Part shown: piece after piece, positions 34,001-44,000 of the stretch | Position numbering within the stretch: the stretch's first letter is position 1 | Layout of the letters: each line of letters begins with the position of its first letter | Assembly: GCF_006345805.1 (NCBI RefSeq) | Contig: NC_043010.1 | Span: forward strand, 46,934,001-46,998,000 | Source of the DNA: Octopus sinensis | Taxonomy: Eukaryota | Length of the DNA: 64,000 bases | Reading direction: 5' to 3' | The notes under the pieces: model-generated | Seen by the model: only the letters and a program-made list of their open reading frames with translations | Database searches by the model: none | What the model was told of the DNA's origin: nothing | Made by a program: the position numbers and the translations under genes

Positions 34001-36481
34001 AACTGCACTGCAAACTAACAAACAATAAACAAAACCACTTGCAGTACCAACCTTGAACTAGATAGGTTTAGTAACTTTCAAAAGTTATATGACATGCCAA
34101 CCTTTTCAACTAGGTTTGCTTAAGCCAATTTAACCCTTTCGTTACTAAATTTATTTTGAGGGGTTCTGTGTTTCTTTCAATTACATTAAATATAACAAAG
34201 AATTTCATGAAATAACTTAGTTATCATTAAGCTAGTGTTAGGAACATAAATTGTGACTAAGGTTTGGTGGAAGATTTTTTATTTCATAACTTATGAAAAC
34301 AAGGTGTTTGTACTACAGAGCCGGTTTCAGCCGGGTTGGTAACGAAAGGGTTAATCATTATGATTGGTTAGTATAAGGTTGAACGTGCAAGTAAACCACC
34401 AAGGAAAGCTCACAGAGATGCTGAAAACGTCATTTCAGTAGTATATGGTGCTACACCCAATAATTGTTGCTGCATCAAATACTACAAAGACAGTGGTGAT
34501 GCTCTAGTTAAGAATTATAGCACAAGTGATTAGGAAGAAAACTAGCTTGGATGAGGAGTAGCACAGCTTTGTGCATCACTGACTGCATAGAGCAAGCCAT
34601 TACGCCTAACATTTAATACCCTGGAGAAGGCCTTATGGTCTGATGATTGCAAAAGATATCTAGAATAACTGGATGGCTAGGAAGAGCCATGCAAGCCATG
34701 TACAGAAATGCTGTTGACATGGTGAGATTTAGTAATTGGTTTAGTGAGGTGATTAGCATGCAGGTAGGTGTTTCTCAACTCTTGGATCTTGTTTAGTATA
34801 GTTCTCCAGACTATAACAGAAGAGTTTAAGACAATGCTTAAGAGAACTCCTCTGCCTAGTTTTCATAGTTGAAGATTTATAATGGAAATATAAAAAGCAG
34901 AGCTTCAATGCCATATGCAAAATGCTGAAAAGTTGATATGGATTCCATATAGCATACCCACTGTAAACTATGGGTGCAGTGGAATCACAGACAAGCTGAA
35001 AGAGAAGAAAAACTTTGTAGCAAATGCACAATAATGGTTAGCAGTTAGAGAACCAATCAAATAACTCCTTTCAAATGTTTAAAAGACTGCTTTGAAGTTT
35101 AGTTGGTAGTTTCTGTTATGTAGGGGACCTAATTAGTAACAGAGGAGGATGTTCCAAAAGCATAGTAGCCAGAGAAAGAATCGGGTAACAAAAAATTCAG
35201 GGAGCTATTACCTCTACTGGCAACAAAGGGATTCTCTTTCCAAAGCAAATTGTATGATGCTTGTGTGTGATGTTGCATGGTAGTAAAACATAGGCATTCA
35301 ATTTGGAGTATGTGCGAAGGCTGTAAAGAAATGAGACAAACTTTACACATCCATTGCATGTGTAATGTTAGTGTGAATGAACAATGAAGCACAAATAAGC
35401 TTTAAGAAAAGTTGGATGTAAGAGGATTAAGATATGATGTGCAGGAGAGAAGACTATGGTGTTGGTATGTGATACATATGAGGGATCCTGTAGAACAGTG
35501 GTACTTAACCTTTTTCATCGTCTTACTCTGCCAAGCCTTTCATTACAAATTTTGTAATGGTCTTGGGACACAAAGCGCCATGGGAGTCACAGAGCAGGAG
35601 CAAAGCACATGCAGTCATGATGCCACTAGCAATACCATAATTACATGGAATAAATTACTTTCTCCCAAACCTTCCGTAACACCCTCTCCCCCGAAACCCC
35701 ATGGTTAAGAACCACTGCTGTAGAGGGAAAAGACATGGAGAAAAAGGAATTGCAAGATAATTAAACCTTAAAAGGGACACAAGTGTTAAAATGCTGTTCT
35801 GAAAAGCTGTCAAAACCATGCAGGCATGGGAAAATATGTAAAAATAATCATCATCATTGTTTTTACATTCACTTTTCTTTCATGCTGTATAGGTTGGATG
35901 GGCTTGAGACAGTATTCTATGGCCAGATGTTGTTCTTGATGCCATCAAGGCGCCATACAGTGGGATTGAACCCAAAACGAAGTTGTAGCAAAGCAAACTT
36001 TTTAAGCACACCACCACCATGTACCCACCTATTGATGCTGTGTTTTCTATTTTCAGGTAAAATCAACCCTACGCAGTGTGAAGCCATCACAATGGTGGCT
36101 GCCCAAGTTATGGGTAACCAGGTTGCAGTTACTATTGGTGGCTCAAATGGCCATTTTGAACTGAATGTTTTCAAACCTCTCATTGCACGTAATGTTCTAC
36201 AATCAATTAGACTCGTTGGAGATGCATGCATTTCTTTCACTGACCATTGTGTTAAAGATATCCAACCAAACAGGAAACGCTTGCAATCCAATCTTAACGA
36301 ATCCCTTATGCTAGTCACTGCCCTAAATCCCCACATTGGCTATGACAGAGCAGCAAAAATAGCCAAACTAGCTCACCAAGAAGGTACTACATTAAAAGAG
36401 GCAGCGCTAAAATTAAATTTTTTGAAGGAAGACCAATTTGATGAAATAGTTCGACCCGAAAATATGCTTGGACCAAAATGA
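15634..36481 (+). CDS. FH: Fumarate hydratase (class II fumarase), gene span of 8 resolved coding exons, 464 aa plus an unresolved first exon
   Basis: Exons 15634-15762, 21060-21170, 23295-23471, 26610-26765, 28773-28884, 31800-31880, 32414-32617 and 36057-36481 all have AG/GT boundaries and join into one open frame (1395 nt including TGA). Motifs [28 protein letters not shown] and GSSIMPGKxNPTQCE are intact. Confidence 0.97.
16477..16815 (+). mobile_element. tRNA-derived SINE with 11-bp TSD TATTCCAAATA
   Basis: TSD at 16466-76 and 16816-26. The body is shared with the copies at 5447, 54052-54370 and 60998-61280. Confidence 0.85.
19790..20172 (+). mobile_element. Young RTE-associated 3' repeat with four ~63-66-bp internal units
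   Basis: gtggcac(g/a)taa anchors at 19800, 19866, 19929 and 19992, with a (GAT)n tail. Family copies at 24287-24470(-), 24840-25220(+), 30195-30385(+), 51845-52050(-), 52400-52602(+) and 53325-53640(-). Confidence 0.8.
20615..20919 (-). mobile_element. tRNA-derived SINE (same head as 5447, different 3' body), 11-bp TSD
   Basis: TSD ATATACATAGA at 20604-14 and 20920-30. Confidence 0.85.
21060..21170 (+). CDS. FH: FH exon 3 ([37 protein letters not shown])
   Basis: ttgcag acceptor and GAA|GTATGT donor, 111 nt, phase 0/0. Aligns to recalled human [28 protein letters not shown]. Confidence 0.95.
21310..21620 (+). mobile_element. tRNA-derived SINE, older copy
   Basis: Head atggcctagtggtt...ggttttgattcc. 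The body is shared with ~38825-38990. Confidence 0.7.
21808..22495 (+). repeat. Two tandem Nin-like SINEs with an (ATT)~20 spacer and a compound (ATT/ACT/GTT)n tail
   Basis: Two CpG-decayed copies of the Nin-like core. The microsatellite spans 22289-22495. Another copy lies at ~22795-22980. Confidence 0.85.
23295..23471 (+). CDS. FH: FH exon 4 ([35 protein letters not shown]...[10 protein letters not shown])
   Basis: ttcag acceptor and CAA|GTAAGT donor, 177 nt. Lies in ORF-track 23265..23522 and carries active-site region 1. Confidence 0.97.
23757..23975. mobile_element. piggyBac-type MITE family A (~215-220 bp, TTAA target, CCCTTTAGCATT-like ends)
   Basis: Further copies at 26222-26442, 38175-38379, 50846-51061, 58252-58464 and a partial one at ~60522-60712. 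The copies at 38175, 50846 and 58252 have TTAA on both sides. Confidence 0.85.
25821..26069. mobile_element. hAT MITE with degenerate 8-bp TSD ATCTACAC/ATCTATGC
   Basis: Ends resemble CAG(T/C)GGTTCTCAA. Same family as 52686-52919, in opposite orientation. Confidence 0.75.
26610..26765 (+). CDS. FH: FH exon 5 ([14 protein letters not shown]...[10 protein letters not shown])
   Basis: tacag acceptor and CAA|GTAAGT donor, 156 nt. Contains the catalytic His of GRTH. Confidence 0.97.
27430..28062 (-). mobile_element. piggyBac transposon 5' relic (TIR plus decayed transposase N-terminus)
   Basis: TTAA at 28063-66 abuts CCCTTTCG... on -. The decayed frame reads [13 protein letters not shown]...(stop)...[27 protein letters not shown], like the PGBD N-terminal F...P...LP....PLDYF motif. 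Confidence 0.7.
28085..28570 (+). repeat. About 490-bp pyrimidine-rich, G-poor low-complexity tract
   Basis: Strong C/T excess on +, visible directly. Confidence 0.7.
28773..28884 (+). CDS. FH: FH exon 6 ([15 protein letters not shown]...RLYQLAI-G)
   Basis: tttgcag acceptor and ATAG|GTTTGT donor, 112 nt, phase 0/1. Confidence 0.96.
29121..29276. repeat. 78-bp tandem duplication (2 copies)
   Basis: tgtggcc...gaattccag starts at 29121 and 29199. Confidence 0.9.
31440..31745 (-). mobile_element. RTE LINE RT C-terminal relic, ending ~55 nt before FH exon 7
   Basis: The - frame reads [14 protein letters not shown]...[15 protein letters not shown]...DRTLWR. Confidence 0.75.
31800..31880 (+). CDS. 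FH: FH exon 7 ([28 protein letters not shown])
   Basis: AAG acceptor at 31797-99 and CAG|GTAAAG donor, 81 nt, phase 1/1. Not in the ORF track; translated by hand. Confidence 0.95.
32414..32617 (+). CDS. FH: FH exon 8 ([19 protein letters not shown]...[12 protein letters not shown])
   Basis: tttttag acceptor and CAG|GTGAGT donor, 204 nt. Carries the first half of the fumarate-lyase signature. Confidence 0.97.
32852..33620 (-). mobile_element. Ty3/Gypsy LTR retrotransposon 3' relic: integrase C-terminus, PPT and ~166-bp LTR
   Basis: ORFs 33330..33572 ([18 protein letters not shown]...FKVGEKVY...WEDGVI) and 33116..33307. PPT AAAAGGGGAGA at 33028-18 directly precedes TGTAG at 33017. The putative LTR end is CTAACA at 32852. 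Confidence 0.8.
34134..34350. mobile_element. piggyBac-type MITE family B, perfect 12-bp TIR CCCTTTCGTTAC, TTAA TSD
   Basis: TTAA at 34130-33 and 34351-54. An older relative lies at 55231-55451, also TTAA-flanked. Confidence 0.9.
34420..35870 (+). mobile_element. Fragmented RTE LINE RT region, interrupted by a hAT MITE
   Basis: Decayed motifs [25 protein letters not shown] and VQERRL. Confidence 0.7.
35496..35717. mobile_element. hAT MITE, TSD CTGTAGAA/CTGTAGAG
   Basis: CAGTGGTACTTAACC...GGTTAAGAACCACTG ends. Confidence 0.85.
36057..36481 (+). CDS. FH: FH terminal coding exon 9 ([10 protein letters not shown]...[10 protein letters not shown])
   Basis: ttttcag acceptor and TGA at 36479-81. 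Corresponds to the 3' part of ORF-track 35783..36481. Confidence 0.97.
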
Positions 36482-36675
36482 TGGAATTATTAATGTACTC
36501 TATAGCAACCTGGTTAAAAACCTTGTGAGGATAGCTCTAACTTTCCCTCCTTGACTGACTTTCATAGCCAACCTCTTTTGATAGCTGTTGAGCAACAGTT
36601 GACTACAGATGTAATCACCAAGACAGGATAAAAATCTGATACGGAAAAAAATTGTAAATAGGTTGAGAAAAAAAT

Positions 36676-36860
36676 AATAAAACAAATGAATTTGATAGTT
36701 GACATCTTTTACCAATTTATTTATTTATAAATTCCTTAGCTATAATGGATACTGTTAATTCAATTTTTGATATTTTGAAATAAACATATGTAGAATATGT
36801 ACTTGAAATAATGAAATATTTTGTTCATCATAGCAAAGTAGGGGATGTTCATAAAATAAA
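36676..36860 (+). promoter_or_regulatory. Candidate FH polyadenylation signals (AATAAA at 36676, 36779, 36855)
   Basis: Three AATAAA hexamers 195-375 nt after the stop codon. Which one is used is unknown. Confidence 0.45.
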
Positions 36861-37980
36861 CTTACCAATTTAATTTTGGTCTCTTACATAGGCACAAGGC
36901 TTCAATTTTGCAGTAGATTGGAAAAATATATTTTGATGTCCATGCTTTTTATAAGTGCATGAGACATGAATGAAATGATTTTAGACTTGGGTTGCCTGAA
37001 CTTCACTCTACGGCACTTGTTACAATTGTAATTCTTAAATGACTTGGATTTTTTTTCCCCTAGACACAGAAGCTTCATATTTGAAAGGAAGGCAGAGGCC
37101 ATTTCACCTCATAGAAATGGAGTTTCAAAAGCAAGTCACAGACTTGGGCTTGCTACGGGCTTACCTTGTGTGCTACTTAAATTGAATTCTAACTGAGGCA
37201 CAAGGCTGATTGTTCAAAGAGAGGAAATGTGTAACTGAATTGACACCCGTGTATTACCAGTATTTATTTACCACAATGGGATGGGTAAACATTTGAACCA
37301 AATGAGTTTTAAAAACACTGAAATGTATTTAACCCTATTTATCTCAACCGTCTTTAAACATCAGGTAAAGTGAGCCAGTGAGAGAGTCTCTACACGTCAC
37401 TCAATCTGCTAAAATTAGCAACCCAAATTTCTTATATCACAGCCTACCATCTAACAAAAACTGGAAGAACATAGATAATGTAATCTTAGATTAGCATCTA
37501 AAAAGACAGGATGGTCATGGCTGGAATGCCTTTGATCATAGGTCTGCTAGATTAGGGTTAAACAATAAGAACAATTATCATATATATCAATATAAAAGTT
37601 AGAGAAACATTTCAGATGAAGAGAAGGAATTAAATATTTATAAACTGAATAAGATATTTTTACTTATTTTCAGTCTGAGCAGCTCAATATGACTGACTAG
37701 TAGAAGTAATTTTTAAAACTGAGGCTGATGAAAAACCCTGAGAACTGATAGTGAAGAAGCAAACCATTCTCACTGTAACTGAAACTAATTTATCCTACAG
37801 GTCAACCATGTGTCTCCATTAATTTTTTTTCAATGAAAGACAACATGTTAGGAAATATAAAGTAGGACTGTTATTTACTAATTTGTTTACAAGAGAATTA
37901 GTATGGGGGAAGGGGCAGTAAAATGTCAGAACTACGTGTGAAGAGAGTTCATGTGCAAGAAAAGTATCCTACAATGAGAT

Positions 37981-38098
37981 TTACGTGACTTCAGCTTCCA
38001 TGTCTTCCTCCTCCTCATCTTCTTCACTCGAAGTAATATCTGGTTCATCACATTGAGACTGGCATTTTATACATTTGCAATTAAAGAGGTAATTATCC
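37981..38098 (-). CDS. SMYD5: SMYD5 terminal exon 12 ([38 protein letters not shown])
   Basis: ttccag acceptor, post-SET cysteines, acidic tail and TAA at 37983-81. Confidence 0.94.
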
Positions 38099-41000
38099 CT
38101 GGAAATAAAAATTGAATTAAATTTCTTTTTACTCATTTAAAATAAAAAATTTTCTTTTGTTAGATTTCTTTTAACCGTTTAGCATTTGGGTTTATTTTGC
38201 CAAATGTATTGCTTATTTACATTGTTTTAAATTCATCATGTATCTCATAGCCTTCAAATTTTGATGATGTGATTGTACATTTTGAGAATGACATTGTAGG
38301 ATGGGTATGAGAGTCCAGATCTGGCTGGTTTGAACATGAAACATTTGAGCTGGATATGGATGGTTTAAATGCTAAAGGGTTAACAATGTTAAATTATTTC
38401 TTTCTTTTGAAAAAAAAAAACCCTATAATATTTGTAAATGTAAAAGTAGTGGAGAAACAAAGAATGTTATACTTGTGGGATTTAAGTTCCTTACAATATT
38501 TAGTTATATATATATTTATATAAATAAGGATAAGATCGTTAATTTAATTATCAATCTTATCAAGTGACCAGCATGGGAATAAAAGCCTTCAAAAGTAATA
38601 ATTATTATTAAAATTATAATTTAGGGTATCTAAGAGATACCTCCACGCTGGAAATAGCAGCCAAAACTTGACTCTGCCTTTATTATATATATATATATAT
38701 ATATACTGTTGCATAGTGTACCATAATCCAGGAATTGAAACTGCAATCATCGAAGGGTGTTGCATTGATGATTGCAGTTACAATGATGATGATGACAGCA
38801 ACGATGACGATTCATTTTTATTATGGTACACTATGCAACTGTACAGAGAATGTCGATTTGATAAAGGGAGTGAGCTAATAATAGTACAGCACAAACATTT
38901 GATCACTATGAACAAATTTGTGCTAGTTGTTCAGCAAAAAGTTGTGGCACCTCATCTGATTTCATCTGATGTTTACAACAGGAGAGTCTACTTATACATA
39001 CATACACACACACACAAGGTACTCCATCAGTTACAAAAATGAGGATTCTGGTTGATCCAATAACTGGAACAGCCTGCTCATGAAATTAACATTCAAGAGG
39101 CTGAGCACTCGACAGACATGCAACATGCAAAAGGCTGAGCACTACCCTTAACATAGTTCTCAGGGAGAATTACAGGTACAACTCATATTTCGCCAGCTGA
39201 GTGAACTGGAGCAACAGGAAATAAAGTGTCTTACTCAAGAGCACAATGTGCTGCCTGGAATCAAACTTACAACCTTATGATCATAAGCCAAATACCTTAA
39301 CCACTAAGCCACATGCCTTCACACACATATATTCCCCAGCCAGGTAAACTGCAACAAACAGAATTATGGATTCCAAAGATAAAGAAGCAATTATACTTGG
39401 ATAAGAAACCCACTTATTACCTAGTAGTCTTATTACTATCTTATTCACTTTTCTCTCTCTCACACATCTAAAGAGTACAAGTATATAAATGTGCTTTAAT
39501 ATGGGCAGTAGCACCCCCTTCAGGTTGTGAGTTCAAAAAAGGATCTTGTCAAACGGCATTTGACATTTAAAAAGGGACATGATTTTTCTTGGAAATAAAA
39601 TACTTAAATCGATTATATTTTAAGCACATTTTCAAAAAAATTTCAATTTTCTATTGGGGTGAGAATGTGTAGGACATTTGTCATAGGCAAGTAGAAACAT
39701 GATTGATGATGCACCAAGGTCCAACATAATTTCATTACTTAAGTCCTTGCCTTTAGTAATTTCCATAAAAATCTCTCCATGCAAGATGGGAAAATAGAGA
39801 TAGTAAACTAAGCAAAACTAGCTTCTGTTTAGACCCCCACACACACACATGAGGAACAAGCATGGCATGTGGTAAGAAGCATGCTTCCCAGTACATGATT
39901 CTGCATGGCACCTAGGGCAAGTGTCTTCTATAACCTCAGACCAACCAAAACCTTGTAAGTGGATTTGGTAGATGGAAATTGAAGAAGCCTGTGGTATGTA
40001 TGTATACATGTGTGTGTGTGTGTTTGTCACACACACCCACTACTTGACAACCAGTGTTGGTGTGTTTACATTCCCATAACTTAACAGTTTGGCAAAAGAC
40101 ACTGATAGAATAAATACAAGGCTTAAAAATAAAAATACTGGGGGTCGATTAGTTCAACTAAAATTCTTCGAGACAGTGCCCCAGAATGGCCAGTTTAATG
40201 ACTGAAACAGATAAAAGATGAGTGACATTGTAAAATGTCATTTGGTAAAAGGGGACACTTAGCTTTTATGTTGGGAACTACAGATTACAACAAACTTTTT
40301 TTTATAGAAAAGGACTAAAAGCATATACAATGAAAGGTACCTTAAATGCTTCTGTCTGCTATGACGACTTCTTTCCAACATGCATCCATCCAAATAACTG
40401 ATACAGATCTCCTGAAGAAGAAAAAATATATATATATTTATAATCATTTAGCGTCGAATATCTTGCTGTTGTATCATAACCATGACAATTGCTTCTAACA
40501 TGAAGAAAACATGATATTGTGGAAATAAATATATTTTAACAGTTTGACACTGACCTGACAATGTTTCATCAAACTGAAGAGTATAGGACGAGAGAGTGGC
40601 TGTGATAGAATATAAGTTAGACTGCACAATTAAAAATATGTTTGTAGTTCACAATCCTAAGATTTAAATCCTATCATAGTAGGCTTAGCTCTCTGTTCCA
40701 TCAAGATTCATCATTTTAACATTCATTTCTCTATGTTTGTATGGGTTGAACGGAGTTTGAGGCAGATTTTCTATGGCCAAATCTACCTTCCTCTAGCCAT
40801 CTGCTACCTGCTTCAAAGCAAGGTAACATTTCTCTGGCCAGAATATTGGAAATGAATGATATTCATTAACAACAATCACATGATGTCATATACACACACA
40901 CATGTATATGATGATTTTTTTTGGTTTCTACCTACCAAATCCTGTGACAAGGCTTTGGTTAGCCCAAGACTATAGTAGAAAACACTTGCCCAATGAGTCG

Positions 41001-44000
41001 CTCAGTGGGACTGAACCCAAGACTATGTAATTGGGAAGCAAGTTTCTTAACCACACAGCCACATCTGCATTCAGAAAATAATACCAAAAATACATCAAGA
41101 AAATGCAGATTAGCTAAAAACTTATTGCGTTTTTTTTTTTAAATGAACAAAATACTTGGCGTTTATTGAAAACATTCAGTTAATGCTGCTAAAACTCCAT
41201 TATTTGTGTCTTGTTTGTTGCTAGGACAGCCATGAGAGTGCCCTGGTCAGTCTTCTACCAGTTGTTTCCGCGATGTGAAAGCACCCATTCCCAGTTTTCT
41301 TTCAGTTGCTAATTAGGCATGCAGAAGAAATATAATTTGATTACACAGGTGTTATGTCAGGATTTGTCTCGGATTATCATCTGCAAGGGATGTACTTATA
41401 ACTGTTCCAAAAAGATTTCTAGGATTAAAAAATAAATCCCTGCTCTGACAGTTTTCTCTTGTGGCCCCAAATGGAGAGATTAATCTCCTTTTAGCAAGAA
41501 TCATTTGTATATAATCGGCAGAAGCAAACACAATGTTGGCTCAAGCCAGTGAAGAAGCCCCAACTTAGTTTGTTCATCCTGCTAAAAAGAGCACCCAAAT
41601 CTTTTTTAAACTACACCCTACTTAGAAGAGGGAAGAACACATTAGATAATGTAGTCTTAGATAAATTGAAAAATATGTGATTGTTGTGGTTGGAATGCCT
41701 AGGACTGCTTGATGTACATTGACCCAAATCAAAGAAAAAAACCTATTTCATACATTTGATACCCAATCAGTCAATTGCATTCAGTTTTTTCTCCTATGCT
41801 AACTTATTGTCACATACCATTTTAATTATATAACATTTCATTTAACTACCTGTTTAGATTCCATATTGGAAATTTCCAAAGTTGCAACAGCAGCCTGTCA
41901 ACAGAGGACGTGAATTGGATAAAAAGAAAAACCAAAAAAAGACATTTACATGAAAACAAATAAAAATACATGTTATGGAAAGTGCATTCTCACCTCTCCT
42001 GGTACAATATCTTCTAAAGCCACCACTCTTAATTTATGGCAATTGTGAGGGAACTGAACTTCTGCATTAGGCACACAGCTGTGATTACCTGTGTATTGTA
42101 AAAAAAATGAACATTATAACAACATGATGTCTGTGAGGTTACAGCTGTTGACCAAAGGGTCATGAGTTCAAAGCTTACTTCAGTTAGTTATGCCTTGGAG
42201 CACTGCAATAGCTAAATTGTCTTGTAATACTTAGCTTAGTCAATCAGCTAACAGGTTCCATTTCTAGCTTAAAAAAAAAAAGTGGTTAGCAATAGATGTC
42301 TTTAGTAGTAAAAGCTCTAGCAGCAGGTGGATGTTCAAATTAGCAAACATCTCATTCAGTGGGTAGTCAAAACTACAGGGCATAACAACCTTGCCTTACA
42401 TGAATCCCAAACTGAGCAAGCTCAGGTTGGCAGTATTTGGAATGGGCTCCTATCTGGGGTTACAGATTCTCCCTCATCTTGATCAAGAATTTCTGGGCCA
42501 GTATCTGGCATAGCCTGTCCCAGGACTATGTTCAATGAAGAGGAGAGGTGGACAGAAAGCTGGCAACCAAACCTTCAGTGTTCAAATCACTATACAAGCA
42601 GCAAAGTGGGAGGAACTTAGTATGAAAATTGTACTTAAAACAGTTCATGTTGAAAAGGAATGCTTGTCTTGCTATGATTATAGCCACAAATGAAGCTATT
42701 GTGGTAAGCATTTGACATAATAATTTTTAATTCCAGAGCAGAATTCTGATTACTTTGTAAAAAATTAAATAATTTCATAACTTGACAAAGGTAATATAAA
42801 ATTTGGTCAAGAGAAATGAAGATATATTAGGAGCAACAACAATTCTTAGAATAAAAGAAATTCAACTGAATACTTACAACAACTTTGCATTGAGTAAAGA
42901 CCAGATCCTTCACAGTTCAAGAATGTTCCGGATTCTACAAGATAAAATATTAATAAGGTCTTATATTGATTTTTTATTTACGTGCCCTTTTCACGCCTAG
43001 CCAGGCTCATGGGCCCGGTTTCCTGGTTTCTATGGCATATGTGTTCCCCCCAGCTGGACGGGACGCCAGTCCATCACAGTGTTTGTTACTCAAGAAACAG
43101 GAAGAAAGAGTGAGAGAAAGTTTGGGCGAAAGAGTACACCATGAGTCGCCACCCCCCACCCCCTGCCAGAGCTTCATGGAGCTTTAGGTGTTTTCGCTCA
43201 ATAAACACTCACAACGCCTGGTCTGGGAATCGAAACCGCAATCCTACGACTACGAGTCCGCTGCCCTAACCACTGGGCTATTGCGCCTCCACCTAGTCAT
43301 ATATAGGTAACAAAAAATTATTTACAAACCTGTACTCATAAACCCAATATTTAACTCTAGACTCAACAGTGTTAAATGTATGAAAGAGAAGGATCTTCCC
43401 TTGTGTAGGTTACTAGTCTACTACAGATAACATTTGTACAAGATTTGGTATTTATTCCCAACAGTTAGAGAAGCTGAAGAACAGGCAGTTGTAAGTTAGA
43501 TAAAAGCAGAGTATCACAAGTACAAAATAGCTAAATTGATTGGATAAAGAATTAGTTTGTTGGTTGTGAAACTATTTGAAACCTAAATGTTCTCTTATGA
43601 TTTTGGACAGAACACCACCAAATTAATTTGTTTACCATTATAAGAGTTAACAGCAATGCTAAGTAAGAAACAAAAACCAGCTGTACATACCTCTTTCCAA
43701 GTCAACATAAAGCTGGTCTATGAAACTGTCGATACTAATCCGTTCATCTGGATGAAGGTCCATAGCATCACAATTTTGACACCACACACTAATAGAACTA
43801 AGAAAAAATAACCGTTCTTTACTGATATGAAAAATATCAATGCTCATATACACTCTTTCTCTCTCTTTCTCAGAGACTATGTAATAATGTAAGTAGCAGT
43901 CAATACTGACGTATCACAATACACAACTTGCTGAATACATAACTAGTTTTGGCTGTAATTACCAGATGATGTGAAGGTGAACAATTTTAACTCAGTGGAT

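Noticed and set aside
35783-36056. N-terminal 91 aa of the 232-aa ORF as part of FH
   Set aside because: This is intronic read-through over repeat sequence. Homology starts at the acceptor 36054-56.
35917-36336. 139-aa antisense ORF overlapping FH exon 9
   Set aside because: Antisense open frames are common opposite coding exons, and there is no independent support.
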